Part shown: positions 39,701-52,300 of the stretch, in pieces
How the letters are laid out: every line of letters starts with the position of its first letter
Numbering within the stretch: position 1 is the first letter of the stretch
NCBI RefSeq assembly: GCF_022045235.1
Contig: NW_027266269.1
Coordinates: forward strand, 16,802,001-16,866,000
Source: Haliotis cracherodii
Lineage: Eukaryota
DNA length: 64,000 nucleotides
Direction of reading: 5' to 3'
Position numbers and translations under genes: made by a program
Notes under the pieces: model-generated
The model's input: only the letters and a program-made list of their open reading frames with translations
Told to the model about the DNA's origin: nothing
The model's database searches: none

Positions 39701-42700
39701 GACCAGTGTGACTGTGTTGTCTGGTGTGTTGTGGACCCCTACCCTGACCAGTGTGACTGTGTTGTCTGGTGTGTTGTGGACCCCCACCCTGGCCAGTGTG
39801 ACTGTGTTGTCTGGTGTGTTGCAGAACCCCTACCCTGACCAGTGTGACTGTGTTGTCTGGTGTGTTGTGGACCCCCACCCTGGCCAGTGTGACTGTGTTG
39901 TCTGGTGTGTTGTGGACCCCCACCCTGACCAGTGTGACTGTGTTGTCTGGTGTGTTGCAGAACCCCTACCCTGACCAGTGTGACTGTGTTGTCTGGTGTG
40001 TTGTGGACCCCCACCCTGGCCAGTGTGACTGTGTTGTCTGGTGTGTTGTGGACCCCCACCCTGGCCAGTGTGACTGTGTTGTCTGGTGTGTTGTGGACCC
40101 CCACCCTGACCAGTGTGACTGTGTTGTCTGGTGTGTTGTGGACCCCCAACCTGGCCAGTGTGACTGTATTGTCAATGTGTGTTTGAGAACCCCTTCCCTG
40201 GCCAGTGTGACTGTGTTGTCTGGTGTGTTGTGGACCCCCACCCTGGCCAGTGTGACTGTGTTGTCTGGTGTGTTGTGGACCCCCACCCTGGCCAGTGTGA
40301 CTGTGTTGTCTGGTGTGTTGCAGAACCCCTACCCTGACCAGTGTGACTGTGTTGTCTGGTGTGTTGTGGACCCCCACCCTGGCCAGTGTGACTGTGTTGT
40401 CTGGTGTGTTGTGGACCCCCACCCTGACCAGTGTGACTGTGTTGTCTGGTGTGTTGCAGAACCCCTACCCTGACCAGTGTGACTGTGTTGTCTGGTGTGT
40501 TGTGGACCCCCACCCTGGCCAGTGTGACTGTGTTGTCTGGTGTGTTGTGGACCCCCACCCTGACCAGTGTGACTGTGTTGTCTGGTGTGTTGCAGAACCC
40601 CTACCCTGACCAGTGTGACTGTGTTGTCTGGTGTGTTGTGGACCCCCACCCTGGCCAGTGTGACTGTGTTGTCTGGTGTGTTGTGGACCCCCACCCTGGC
40701 CAGTGTGACTGTGTTGTCTGGTGTGTTGTGGACCCCCACCCTGACCAGTGTGACTGTGTTGTCTGGTGTGTTGCAGAACCCCTACCCTGACCAGTGTGAC
40801 TGTGTTGTCTGGTGTGTTGTGGACCCCCACCCTGGCCAGTGTGACTGTGTTGTCAATGTGTGTTTGAGAACCCCTTCCCTGGCCAGTGTGACTGTGTTGT
40901 CTGGTGTGTTGTGGACCCCCACCCTGGCCAGTGTGACTGTGTTGTCTGGTGTGTTGTGGACCCCCACCCTGGCCAGTGTGACTGTGTTGTCTGGTGTGTT
41001 GCAGAACCCCTACCCTGACCAGTGTGACTGTGTTGTCTGGTGTGTTGTGGACCCCCACCCTGGCCAGTGTGACTGTGTTGTCTGGTGTGTTGTGGACCCC
41101 CACCCTGACCAGTGTGACTGTGTTGTCTGGTGTGTTGCAGAACCCCTACCCTGACCAGTGTGACTGTGTTGTCTGGTGTGTTGTGGACCCCCACCCTGGC
41201 CAGTGTGACTGTGTTGTCAATGTGTGTTTGAGAACCCCTTCCCTGGCCAGTGTGACTGTGTTGTCAATGTGTGTTGTGGACCCCCACCCTGACCAGTGTG
41301 ACTGTGTTGTCTGGTGTGTTGCAGAACCCCTACCCTGGCCAGTGTGACTGTGTTGTCTGGTGTGTTGTGGACCCCCACCCTGACCAGTGTGACTGTGTTG
41401 TCTGGTGTGTTGCAGAACCCCTACCCTGACCAGTGTGACTGTGTTGTCTGGTGTGTTGTGGACCCCCACCCTGGCCAGTGTGACTGTGTTGTCTGGTGTG
41501 TTGTGGACCCCCACCCTGACCAGTGTGACTGTGTTGTCTGGTGTGTTGCAGAACCCCTACCCTGACCAGTGTGACTGTGTTGTCTGGTGTGTTGTGGACC
41601 CCCACCCTGACCAGTGTGACTGTGTTGTCTGGTGTGTTGCAGAACCCCTACCCTGACCAGTGTGACTGTGTTGTCTGGTGTGTTGTGGACCCCCACCCTG
41701 GCCAGTGTGACTGTGTTGTCAATGTGTGTTTGAGAACCCCTTCCCTGGCCAGTGTGACTGTGTTGTCTGGTGTGTTGTGGACCCCCACCCTGGCCAGTGT
41801 GACTGTGTTGTCTGGTGTGTTGAAGAACTCCTAACCCTGACCAGTGTGACTGTCTTGCCTGGTATGTTGTCAATGTGTGTTGCAGAACCCCTTCCCTGGC
41901 CAGTGTGACTGTGTTGTCAATGTGTGTTGCAGAACTCCTAACCCTGACCAGTGTGACTGTGTTGTCAATGTGTGTTGGAGAACCCCTTCCCTGGCCAGTG
42001 TGACTGTGTTGACAGGTGTATTGACAATGTGTGTTACAGAACCCCTACCAAGGCCAGTGTGACTGTGTTGACATGTGTGGACAATGTGTGTTGCAGATCC
42101 CCTACCCTAGCCAGTGTCATTGTGTTGACAGGTGTGTTGCAGAACCCGTACCTGGGCCAGTGTCACAGTGTTGCCTGGTGTGTTGCAGAACCCCTACCCT
42201 AGCCAGTGTCAATGTGTTGAGAGGTGTGTTGACAATGTGTGTTGCAGAACCCCTACCCTGGCCAGTGTGACTGTGTTCATTGGTGTGTTGACAATGTGTG
42301 TTGCAGAACCCCTACCCTTGCCAGTGTGACTGTGTTGTCTGGTTTGTTGTGAACCCCTACCCTGGCCAGTGTGACTGTGTTGTCAATGTGTGTTGGAGAA
42401 CCCCTACCCTAGCCAGTGCCACTGTGTTGACAGGTGTGTTGCAGAACTCCTACCCTGGCCAGTGTCACTGTGTTCATTGGTTTGTTAACAATGTGTGTTG
42501 GAGAACCCCTACCCATGCCAGTGTGACTAAGTTGTCAATGTGTGTTGTCAATGTGTGTTGGAGAACTTCTAACCCTGGCCAGTGTGACTGTGTTGTCTGG
42601 TGTGTTGACACTGTGTGTTGCTGAACCTCTACCTTGGCAAGTGTGAATATGTTGTGTTGTGTGTTGACAATGTGTGTTGCAGAACCCCTACCCTGACCAG

Positions 42701-45237
42701 TGTGACTGTGCTGTCAATGTGTGTTGGAGAACCTCTAACCCTAACCAGTGTGACTGTGTTGACAATGTGTGTTGCAGAACCCCTACCCTGACCAGTGTGA
42801 CTATGTTGTCAATGTGTGTTCTCAATGTGTGTTGGAGAACACCTACCCTGGCCAGTGTGACTGTGCTGTCAATGTGTGTTGGAGAACCCCTTCCCTGGCC
42901 AGTGTGACTGTGTTGTCAATGTGTTTTGCAGAACCCCTTCCCTGGCCAGTGTGACTGTGTTGTCAATGTGTGTTGCAGAACCCCTCCCCTGGCCAGTGTG
43001 ACTGTGTTGTCAATGTGTGTTGCAGAACCCCTTCCCTGGCCAGTGTGACTGTGTTGTCAATGTGTGTTGCAGAACCCCTACCCTGGCCAGTGTGACTGTG
43101 TTGTCAATGTGTGTTGCAGAACCCCTTCCCTGGCCAGTGTGACTGTGTTGTCTGGTGTGTTGTGAACCCGTACCCTGGCCAGTGTGACTGTGTTGTCAAT
43201 GTGTGTTGCAGAACCCCTTCCCTGGCCAGTGTGACTGTGTTGTCAATGTGTGTTGCAGAACCCCTTCCCTGGCCAGTGTGACTGTGTTGTCAATGTGTGT
43301 TGCAGAACCCCTTCCCTGGCCAGTGTCACTGTGTTGTCTGGTGTGTTGTGAACCCGTACCCGAGCCAGTGTCACTGTGTTGACAGGTTATTGAAGAACCC
43401 CTACCCTAGCCAGTGCCAATGAGTTGACAGGTGTGTTGACAATGTGTGTTGCAGAACCCCTACCCTGGCCAGTGTGACTGTGTTGTCAATGTGTGTTGCA
43501 GAACCCCTATCCTAGCCAGTGTGACTGTGTTTATTGGTGTGTTGACAATGTGTGTTGCAGAACCCCTACCCTGACCAGTGTGACTATGTTGTCAATGTGT
43601 GTTCTCAATGTGTGTTGGAGAACACCTACCCTGGCCAGTGTGACTGTGCTGTCAATGTGTGTTGGAGAACCCCTTCCCTGGCCAGTGTGACTGTGTTGTC
43701 AATGTGTTTTGCAGAACCCCTTCCCTGGCCAGTGTGACTGTGTTGTCAATGTGTGTTGCAGAACCCCTCCCCTGGCCAGTGTGACTGTGTTGTCAATGTG
43801 TGTTGCAGAACCCCTTCCCTGGCCAGTGTGACTGTGTTGTCAATGTGTGTTGCAGAACCCCTACCCTGGCCAGTGTGACTGTGTTGTCAATGTGTGTTGC
43901 AGAACCCCTTCCCTGGCCAGTGTGACTGTGTTGTCTGGTGTGTTGTGAACCCGTACCCTGGCCAGTGTGACTGTGTTGTCAATGTGTGTTGCAGAACCCC
44001 TTCCCTGGCCAGTGTGACTGTGTTGTCAATGTGTGTTGCAGAACCCCTTCCCTGGCCAGTGTGACTGTGTTGTCAATGTGTGTTGCAGAACCCCTTCCCT
44101 GGCCAGTGTCACTGTGTTGTCTGGTGTGTTGTGAACCCGTACCCGAGCCAGTGTCACTGTGTTGACAGGTTATTGAAGAACCCCTACCCTAGCCAGTGCC
44201 AATGTGTTGACAGGTGTGTTGACAATGTGTGTTGCAGAACCCCTACCCTGGCCAGTGTGACTGTGTTGTCAATGTGTGTTGCAGAACCCCTATCCTAGCC
44301 AGTGTGACTGTGTTTATTGGTGTGTTGACAATGTGTGTTGCAGAACCCCTACCCTTACCAGTGTGACTGTGTTTATTGGTGTGTTGTCAGTGTGTGTTGC
44401 AGAACGCCTATCCTGACCAGTGTGACTATGTTGTCAATGTGTGTTGTCAGTCAGTGTTGGAGAACCTCTAACCCTGGCCAGTGTGACTGTGTTGTCTGGT
44501 GTGTTGACAATGTGTGTTGCAGAACCCCTACCTTGGCAAGTGTGACTGTGTTGTCTGGTGTGTTGACAATGTGTGTTGGATAGCCTCTAACCCTGGCCAG
44601 TGTGACTGTGTTGTCTGGTATGTAGACAATGTGTGTTGCAGAACCCCTACCCTGACCAGTGGTGACTGTGTTGTCTGGTGTGTTGTGAACCCCTACCCTG
44701 GCCAGTGTTACTGTGTTGTCAATGTGTGTTGGAGAACCCCTACCCGGGCCAGTGTGACTGTTGACAGGTGTGTTGACAATGTGTGTTGCAGAACCCCTAC
44801 CTAGGCCAGTGTGACTGTGTTGTCAATGTGTGTTGCAGAACCCCTTCCCTGGCCAGTTTGACTGTGTTGACAGGTGTGTTGCAGAACCCCTACTCTAGCC
44901 AGTGTCACTGTCTTGACAGCTGTGTTGCAGAATCCCTACCCTAGCCAGTGTCACTGTCTTGACAGCTGTGTTTGCAGAACCCCTACCCTAGCCAGTGTCA
45001 CTGTGTTGACAGGTGTGTTGGTAATGTATGTTGCAGAACCCCTACCCTAGCCAGTGTGACTATCTTGACAGGTGTGTTGACAATGTGTCTTTCAGAACCC
45101 CTACCCTAGCCAGTGTCACTGTGTTGACAGGTGTGTTGGTAATGTATGTTGCAGAACCCCTACCCTAGCCAGTGTGACTATCTTGACAGGTGTGTTGACA
45201 ATGTGTCTTTCAGAACCCATACCCGGGCCAGTGTGAC
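36728..45237 (+). repeat. 45-47-bp (some about 59-bp) minisatellite whose unit copies the acceptor site and the start of reductase coding exon 2
   Basis: Unit tgtgttgcag AACCCCTACCCTGGCCAGTGTGAC tgtgttgtcaatg versus the real junction tgtctttcag AACCCATACCCGGGCCAGTGTGAC gcc. Confidence 0.97.
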
Positions 45238-45356
45238 GCCGCCACCTCGCATGCTCTGCTCGACCGTTTCTTTGAACTAGGAGGCAACTTCATCGACACG
45301 GCCGACCTCTACTCTTTGGGTCAGTCGGAAGCCATCATAGGACAGTGGATGAACGG
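45214..45356 (+). CDS. Aldo-keto reductase coding exon 2
   Basis: tgtctttcag|[47 protein letters not shown](G)|gtgcgt. Contains the GxNFIDTAxxY motif with the catalytic Asp and Tyr. Confidence 0.92.
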
Positions 45357-45699
45357 GTGCGTCACTAGACCTTAGAGCTTTTTCCCTATTCAACATTTAC
45401 ATAACCAAAACCGTGCCTGTCAGGAGCAACATATTGAAAAATAATGTATTTACATACCAGCGTAAAAAGTAACTGTCCATCTTATGAAATGAAACCTAAT
45501 ATTTGGTCATTCGTCTGATCAATGTTTCTTCATAACAAATATATATATTTCAGCACATCTGTCATAGCTTGGCACTGCGAGTGTGAACATACGTACAATG
45601 CGTCTCTAAAGTTTCAACACCCCTTTTCAACATCAATGTTATTGCCTATTCTGAGTGTCTTGTTTCTTAATTTTTGGAAGATTACAGTCACTGAATCTT

Positions 45700-48400
45700 C
45701 TCAACACAAATCCATACCAATCAGGGAAGCCAAACCGACCTTGACGGGGTACCAGACCCATTGTGTACAGTGGTGAGCAGCGTCCATACATCAGGTTACT
45801 CAGCTCAATCAAACTTTCCAGGCTTACTTCATCCTTTAACATTGCATGCGCAGGCAGGAAGCGCACGAGACGGGGTTGCCGAGGAGGTAGAAAAAAGAAG
45901 CGATACATACAAATTGTTATCTCATCACGAAGACATCTCGGGGCACAATCAGCACAGCATGGGATAAACAAAGACAACCTGATGTATGTATCTACGCATC
46001 TAAATAAGAGAGAGACCAACAGGTTGTGTTAATGCGACGCCAGATCAGTCCGGAAAAAGTCGGCAGGGCTTAATGAATGCATTAGTGAACATACTCTTGA
46101 GGTATTTGTTATTACAGAAACAATGGTGAAAGAATGTGATTTGTACATAGACCTGAAGTTGGTGTCAAACATGTAGGTCAAAACCTCAGGTCGTACAGTT
46201 GCTTAGCCATCAGATTAGCCATAGATGGGGCGCCATTACCTTGTGTCTACCATCCTCCTTCAACGGGGAACAACACAACATCTCCTGACCAGGTTATTGG
46301 AGAACTCACCCATTTCTGGAACTAGCCAGTAACACCAGTGAACATTTATTATTTGCTGGGGATTTTAACATCCATGTCGATGGTGATAAAAATCCACGAA
46401 CGAGAAAGTTTTAGGACTCTGTTTTCAGACTAAGTCTGAAGCAGCATGTCTCTCATCCTCCACATCAGAATGGACGTACGCTTGATTTGTCAATCAGTAA
46501 ATATTCTGATGATATCATACCCAACGTTCAGACAACCAACAGTGGCATCGCTGACCACTACAGTGTTGTTACGAACCTTAAAATCAAGAAACCAAAACCA
46601 ATAAGAAAGACCATCTCCTATCGGAAGAACAGATCAATCGACCTCAACCAGTTTGAAAACAATATTAAAATCGTGGATTACCTGAATGAAAGTGATATCG
46701 GAATCAAAGACTGCGATACTTGACTCTAAAAATGCCACATAGGAGATTACAAGGACACTTCTTCACGTGCTGAACAGCTGTGGCATACACCTGTAACGAC
46801 GTATAGTTCGAGTTGGATGACAGATGCGGTCACAACTGCTAAGCATGGACGTCGATTGGTAAAAAAAAGAGGAGGCATACAAGGCTTGAGCTTCACAGTC
46901 AGGTATTTCAATCAGCAAGGAACAAAGTGATTGTTCTTTTATGGCAGTCGAGGCTTTCCATAGCAGGCAAACAGTTATTGAAAATGGAAACAACTCCAGG
47001 CAACCCTCGGTGTACAAACGTTTTGGAACAAGCGGAATTACAGTTAACCGTTTATTTCTTTCCATTTGTGCAGAGTACAAATATTTTGCTAAATTGGTAA
47101 AAATGTTAAAATTTGGCGATGACATCAAAATGTTAAATTATGTATGTTAGTTTGAAGATGTATAACTGTCTTAACTGTACATATGCTGGACACACTGAAA
47201 GAAAATGGAATTCATGCAGTTTCAACGCAGTGTAAGTTACAAATTTACATTTTCTTAAATTCCTAGGTCTATTGAAGTGACTTTAACGCTAAATTTTCAG
47301 ATCATGACAACTTAAACAAAAAAGAAAATAGCGCTAAGAAATGAAATATTTATATGTCTGTATTTTGGGCCTTGCCTAAACGAAAAAGAGAAAGAGCAAT
47401 TTTGAATTTGAATTGTGTTAGTTCAAATAGTTTTCGCAATTTATACAAATGTATAATTATAGGACATGTTTGGTAATTCACTGTGCCAAATTTGCTGGAA
47501 TTTACCCTTTAAACATTCCTAACATATTTTGTGAATATATTTTTGTTACCATACATTTGAAATAACCGGATAATCCAAACCCTAATGTACACAGACAGTT
47601 TCTTAGCTTTGTAGTCACGCCAGGTTTTGGGAGAACCTGTGGTTTCCGGAAACAGATCCCAAAGAAACAAAGACCACAATCAAGGCAGCACCATGTCAAT
47701 CATGCACTAGATCCTGTGTGAAAAGATGCACAAACGCCTGTGCTCCAGTGGTGGCATCTATCATTAACACTACATTAGAAGAGGATGTTTTCCGAATTCC
47801 TTCCAATGTGCCATTATCACCCCCTCCTCTCTGGACAGGACAGGACAGGCCTTAAGAAGTATTCCTATCCAAGACTGTTCTCATGACGTTAAATCAACAT
47901 TGATATGACCATCAGCTCCTTGAGGAATTCCAATCTGCCTATAAGTCGAAACACCGAAACTGTTCAACGAAAAGTCCATAATGACGTTCTGCGATATCTG
48001 GATATGCATGAAGTTGTGCTTTTGGTAATGCTAGATCTGTCGGTTAATTTCGACACTGTCCATCACCATATTCTTCTTACTCTTCTAGAATATGAATTTA
48101 TAATTCAGGGTCTTATCTGACTTGGCGTACAAGTCCAAGTTGATGGAAAAAAATCCACTTCATGTTGTATTTCCTGTGTCGTCCCGCAAGGTTCAGCTTT
48201 GGGACATTCTTTGTTTTCATTATACAGTCAACCCATTGGCAGCATAATAGGGGAAACATGGACTCAACTGCGGATGTGTTCATGACAATCAGTTATATCT
48301 TGGAATCAAGCCAGATAAAGTTCAACATTACAGTGTGGGCTGGATGACTGTATTACGATATCCGTCGCTGGACGTCAGCTAATTCACAATTCCTGGTACT
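45700..48400 (+). mobile_element. Decayed L2/CR1-like LINE (endonuclease plus reverse transcriptase remnants), interrupted
   Basis: AGDFNIHVD and QHVSHPPHQNGRTLD (APE endonuclease); KVHNDVLRYLD...VLLVMLDLSVNFDTVHHHILL and VPQGS (RT). Many stops and frameshifts. Confidence 0.85.
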
Positions 48401-48519
48401 CACCAACAGTTTCTGAAAGTTCTATTTACATCTGCGGAACCCATATTCACCCCACGCATCAAGTGCGACTATCCCAGTCTTCTCTTCTGAAGATCAGCGT
48501 ACCCGCAAAGTTTGGGGCA

Positions 48520-48790
48520 AAATTGAGCGAATCGCTGGACGTCAGGCCTGGATGTTTGTGCTCCCTCAACCAGTTGCGTACGGTTCTGTCATTAATTGGT
48601 TTCAACCCGGGATTTGTTGAAGCTGTTAATGTGTCGGTTTGGTATCGATTTCGTAGAAGCACCAGATGAAAATTGTTGTCTTGTTGACGTGATGTCACAA
48701 GTGGAGCACCGGCCCGTGACAAGTCATGAGTGTTGCCTTGCTGTAGATAATGTCTCCAAAGGGATTATATTGTGTTTCGATGAACATTAA
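48520..48790 (-). mobile_element. Tc1 transposase N-terminal fragment
   Basis: VTSRQQD...LRNR...TASTNPGLKPINDRTVRNWLREH resembles the Tc1 HTH region. Confidence 0.65.
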
Positions 48791-49165
48791 AGCGCCTGGC
48801 AACTTCGTTTTGCGCCATTCCTGTTTGCTCCTAACAAAAATCTAAATTGTGCGCCGAACAAATGTGCAAACTGTGAAACATGCCCTAGAAATATCTTCAT
48901 GAATATGTATTGAAAGATGCATTATTTAATTTTAGAATACATTTATTTTAATTGAACCTCATATGAAGCACAGTTACTATTTTCCCCGTTAGTATACATG
49001 TACATACGGGTGAATCACACAACTGTTAGGTAATTGAAAATAACCAAATATGACCTAAATAAAATAGGCGAACCATAAAAGGTTTTGTTTGTTCTCTTCC
49101 CCGTCACTAATGTTTAAATTTCAAACAGAGCAAGGGGATGTCATGTTTTTTACCTCACCTTGCAG

Positions 49166-49304
49166 ACGCAGCCGAGACGATGTCGTGCTGGCGACAAAGG
49201 TGGGACTCCACTCCGATAGCCAGGGGTTGAGCCGACGATCCATCACACAGTCCGTGGAGAGAAGCCTTGGGAGATTACAGACACACTACATAGACCTGTA
49301 TCAG
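49166..49304 (+). CDS. Aldo-keto reductase coding exon 3
   Basis: ccttgcag|RSRDDVVLATKVGLHSDSQGLSRRSITQSVERSLGRLQTHYIDLYQ|gtactc. Catalytic Lys in ATK and the SLxRLxTxYIDLY motif; phases agree. Confidence 0.93.
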
Positions 49305-52300
49305 GTACTCCAATAACACAAATATAGGTCATTGACCGAGACCAGCAACACGTGCTAAGGCTGCCCTAATACATTGACCGCGACTAGCCCCACACGCTAA
49401 GAGTGCCCCATACCACAAACACAGGGCATTGACCGCGACTAGCCCCACACGCTAAGGGTACCCCATACCACAAACACAGGGTATAAACCGCGACTAGCCC
49501 CACACGCTAAGGTTACCCTATACCACAAACACAGGGCATTGACCGCGACTAGCCCCACACGCTAAGGGTACCCCATACCACAAAAACAGGGCATTGACCG
49601 CGACTAGCCCCACACGCTAAGGGTACCCCATACCACAAAAACAGGGCATTGACCACGACTAGCCCCACACGCTAAGGGTACCCCATACCACAAACACAGG
49701 GCATTGACCGCGACTAGCCCCACACGCTAAGGGTACCCCATACCACAAACACAGGGCATTGACCACGACTAGCCCCACACGCTAAAGGTACCCCATACCA
49801 CAAACACAGGGCACTGACCGCGACTAGCCCCACACGCTAAGGGTACCCCATACCACAAACACAGGGCAGTGATAGCGACTAGCCCCACACGCTAAAGGTA
49901 CCCCATACCACAAACACAGGGCATTTACCGCGACTAGCCCCACACGCTAAGGGTGCTCCCATACCACAAACACAGGGCAGTGATAGCGACTAGCCCCACA
50001 CACTAAAGTTACCCCATACCACAAACACAGGGCATTGACCGCGACTAGCCCCACACGCTAAGGGTGTCCTATACCACAAACACAGGGCAGTGATAGCGAC
50101 TAGCCCCACACGCTAAGGGTGTCCCATACCACAAACACAGGGCTTTGATAGCGACTAGCCCAACACGCTAAGGGTGCTCCAAACCACAAACACAGGGAAT
50201 TGACTATGACTAGCCCCAAAAGCTAAGGTGCTCCAATACCACAAACATAGGTCACTGACCAATATTAGCAGCATGCCCTAAGGTTGCTCCAATACCACAA
50301 ACATAGGTCACTGACCAATATTAGCAGCATGCCCTAAGGTTGCTCCAATACCACAAACATAGGTCACTGACCAATATTAGCAACATGCGCTAAGGTGCTC
50401 CAATACAGCAAACAGAGGTCACTGACCAATATTAGCAACATGTGCTAAGGTTGCTCCAATACCACAAACATAGGTCACTGACCAATATTAGCAACATGCG
50501 CTAAGGGTGCTCCAATACCACAAACATAGGTCATTGACCAATATTAGCAACATGCGCTAAGGTTGCTCCAATACCACAAACATAGGTCATTGACCAATAT
50601 TAGCAACATGCGCTAAGGGTGCTCCAATACCACAAACATAGGTCAATGACCAATATTAGCAGCATGCCCTAAGGTTGCTCCAATACCACAAACATAGGTC
50701 ATTGACCAATATTAGCAACATGCGCTAAGGTTGCTCCAATACCACAAACATAGGTCACTGACCAATATTAGCAGCATGCCCTAAGGTTGCTCCAATACCA
50801 CAAACATAGGTCACTGACCAATATTAGCAACATGCGCTAAGGGTGCTCCAATACCACAAACATAGGTCACTGACCAATATTAGAACATGCGCTAAGGTTG
50901 CTCCAATACCACAAACATAGGTCATTGACCAATATTAGCAACATGCGCTAAGGGTGCTCCAATACCACAAACATAGGTCATTGACCAATATTAGCAACAT
51001 GCGCTAAGGTGCTCCAATACCTCAAACATAGGTCATTGACCAATATTAGCAACATGCCCTAAGGTTGCTCCAATACCACAAACATAGGTCACTGACCAAT
51101 ATTAGCAGCATACCCTAAGGTTGCTCCAATACCACAAACATAGGTCATTGACCAATATTAGCAGCATGCCCTAAGGTTGCTCCAATACCACAAACATAGG
51201 TCACTGACCAATATTAGCAACATGCCCTAAGGGTGCTCCAATACCACAAACATAGGTCATTGACCAATATACGCAACATGCGCTAAGGGTGCTCCAATAC
51301 CACAAACATAGGTCACTGACCAATATTAGCAACATGCGCTAAGGTTGCTCCAATACCACAAACATAGGTCACTGACCAATATTAGCAACATGCGCTAAGG
51401 TTGCTCCAATACCACAAACATAGGTCACTGACCAATATTAGCAGCATGCCCTAAGGTTGCTCCAATACCACAAACATAGGTCATTGACCAATATTAGCAG
51501 CATGCCCTAAGGTTGCTCCAATACCACAAACATAGGTCACTGACCAATATTAGCTACATGCGCTAAGGTGCTCCAATACCACAAACATAGGTCACTGACC
51601 AATATTAGCAGCATGCCCTAAGGGTGCTCCAATACCACAAACATAGGCCACTGACCAATATTAGCAACATGCGCTAAGGTGCTCCAATACCACAAACATA
51701 GGTCACTGACCAATATTAGCAACATGCCCTAAGGTGCTCCAATACCACAAACATAGGTCACTGACCAATATTAGCAACATGCGCTAAGGGTGTTCCAATA
51801 CCACAAACATAGGTCACTGACCAATATTAGCAACATGCGCTAAGGGTGCTCCAGTACCACAAACATAGGTCACTGACCAATATTAGCAGCATGCGCTAAG
51901 GGTGCTCCAATACCACAAACATAGGTCATTGACCAATATTAGCAACATGCGCTAAGGGTGCTCCAATACCACAAACATAGGTCACTGACCAATATTAGCA
52001 ACACGCGCTAAGGGTGCTCCAATACCACAAACATAGGTCACTGACCAATATTAGCAACATGCGCTAAGGGTGCTCCAATACCACAAACATAGGTCACTGA
52101 CCAATATTAGCAGCATGCGCTAAGGGTGCTCTAATACCACAAACATAGGTCATTGACCAATATTAGCAACATGCGCTAAGGGTGCTCCAATACCACAAAC
52201 ATAGATCATTGACCAATATTAGCAACATGCGCTAAGGGTGCTCCAATACCACAAACATAGGTCACTGACCAATATTAGCAAAATGCTGAGGGTGCTCCAA

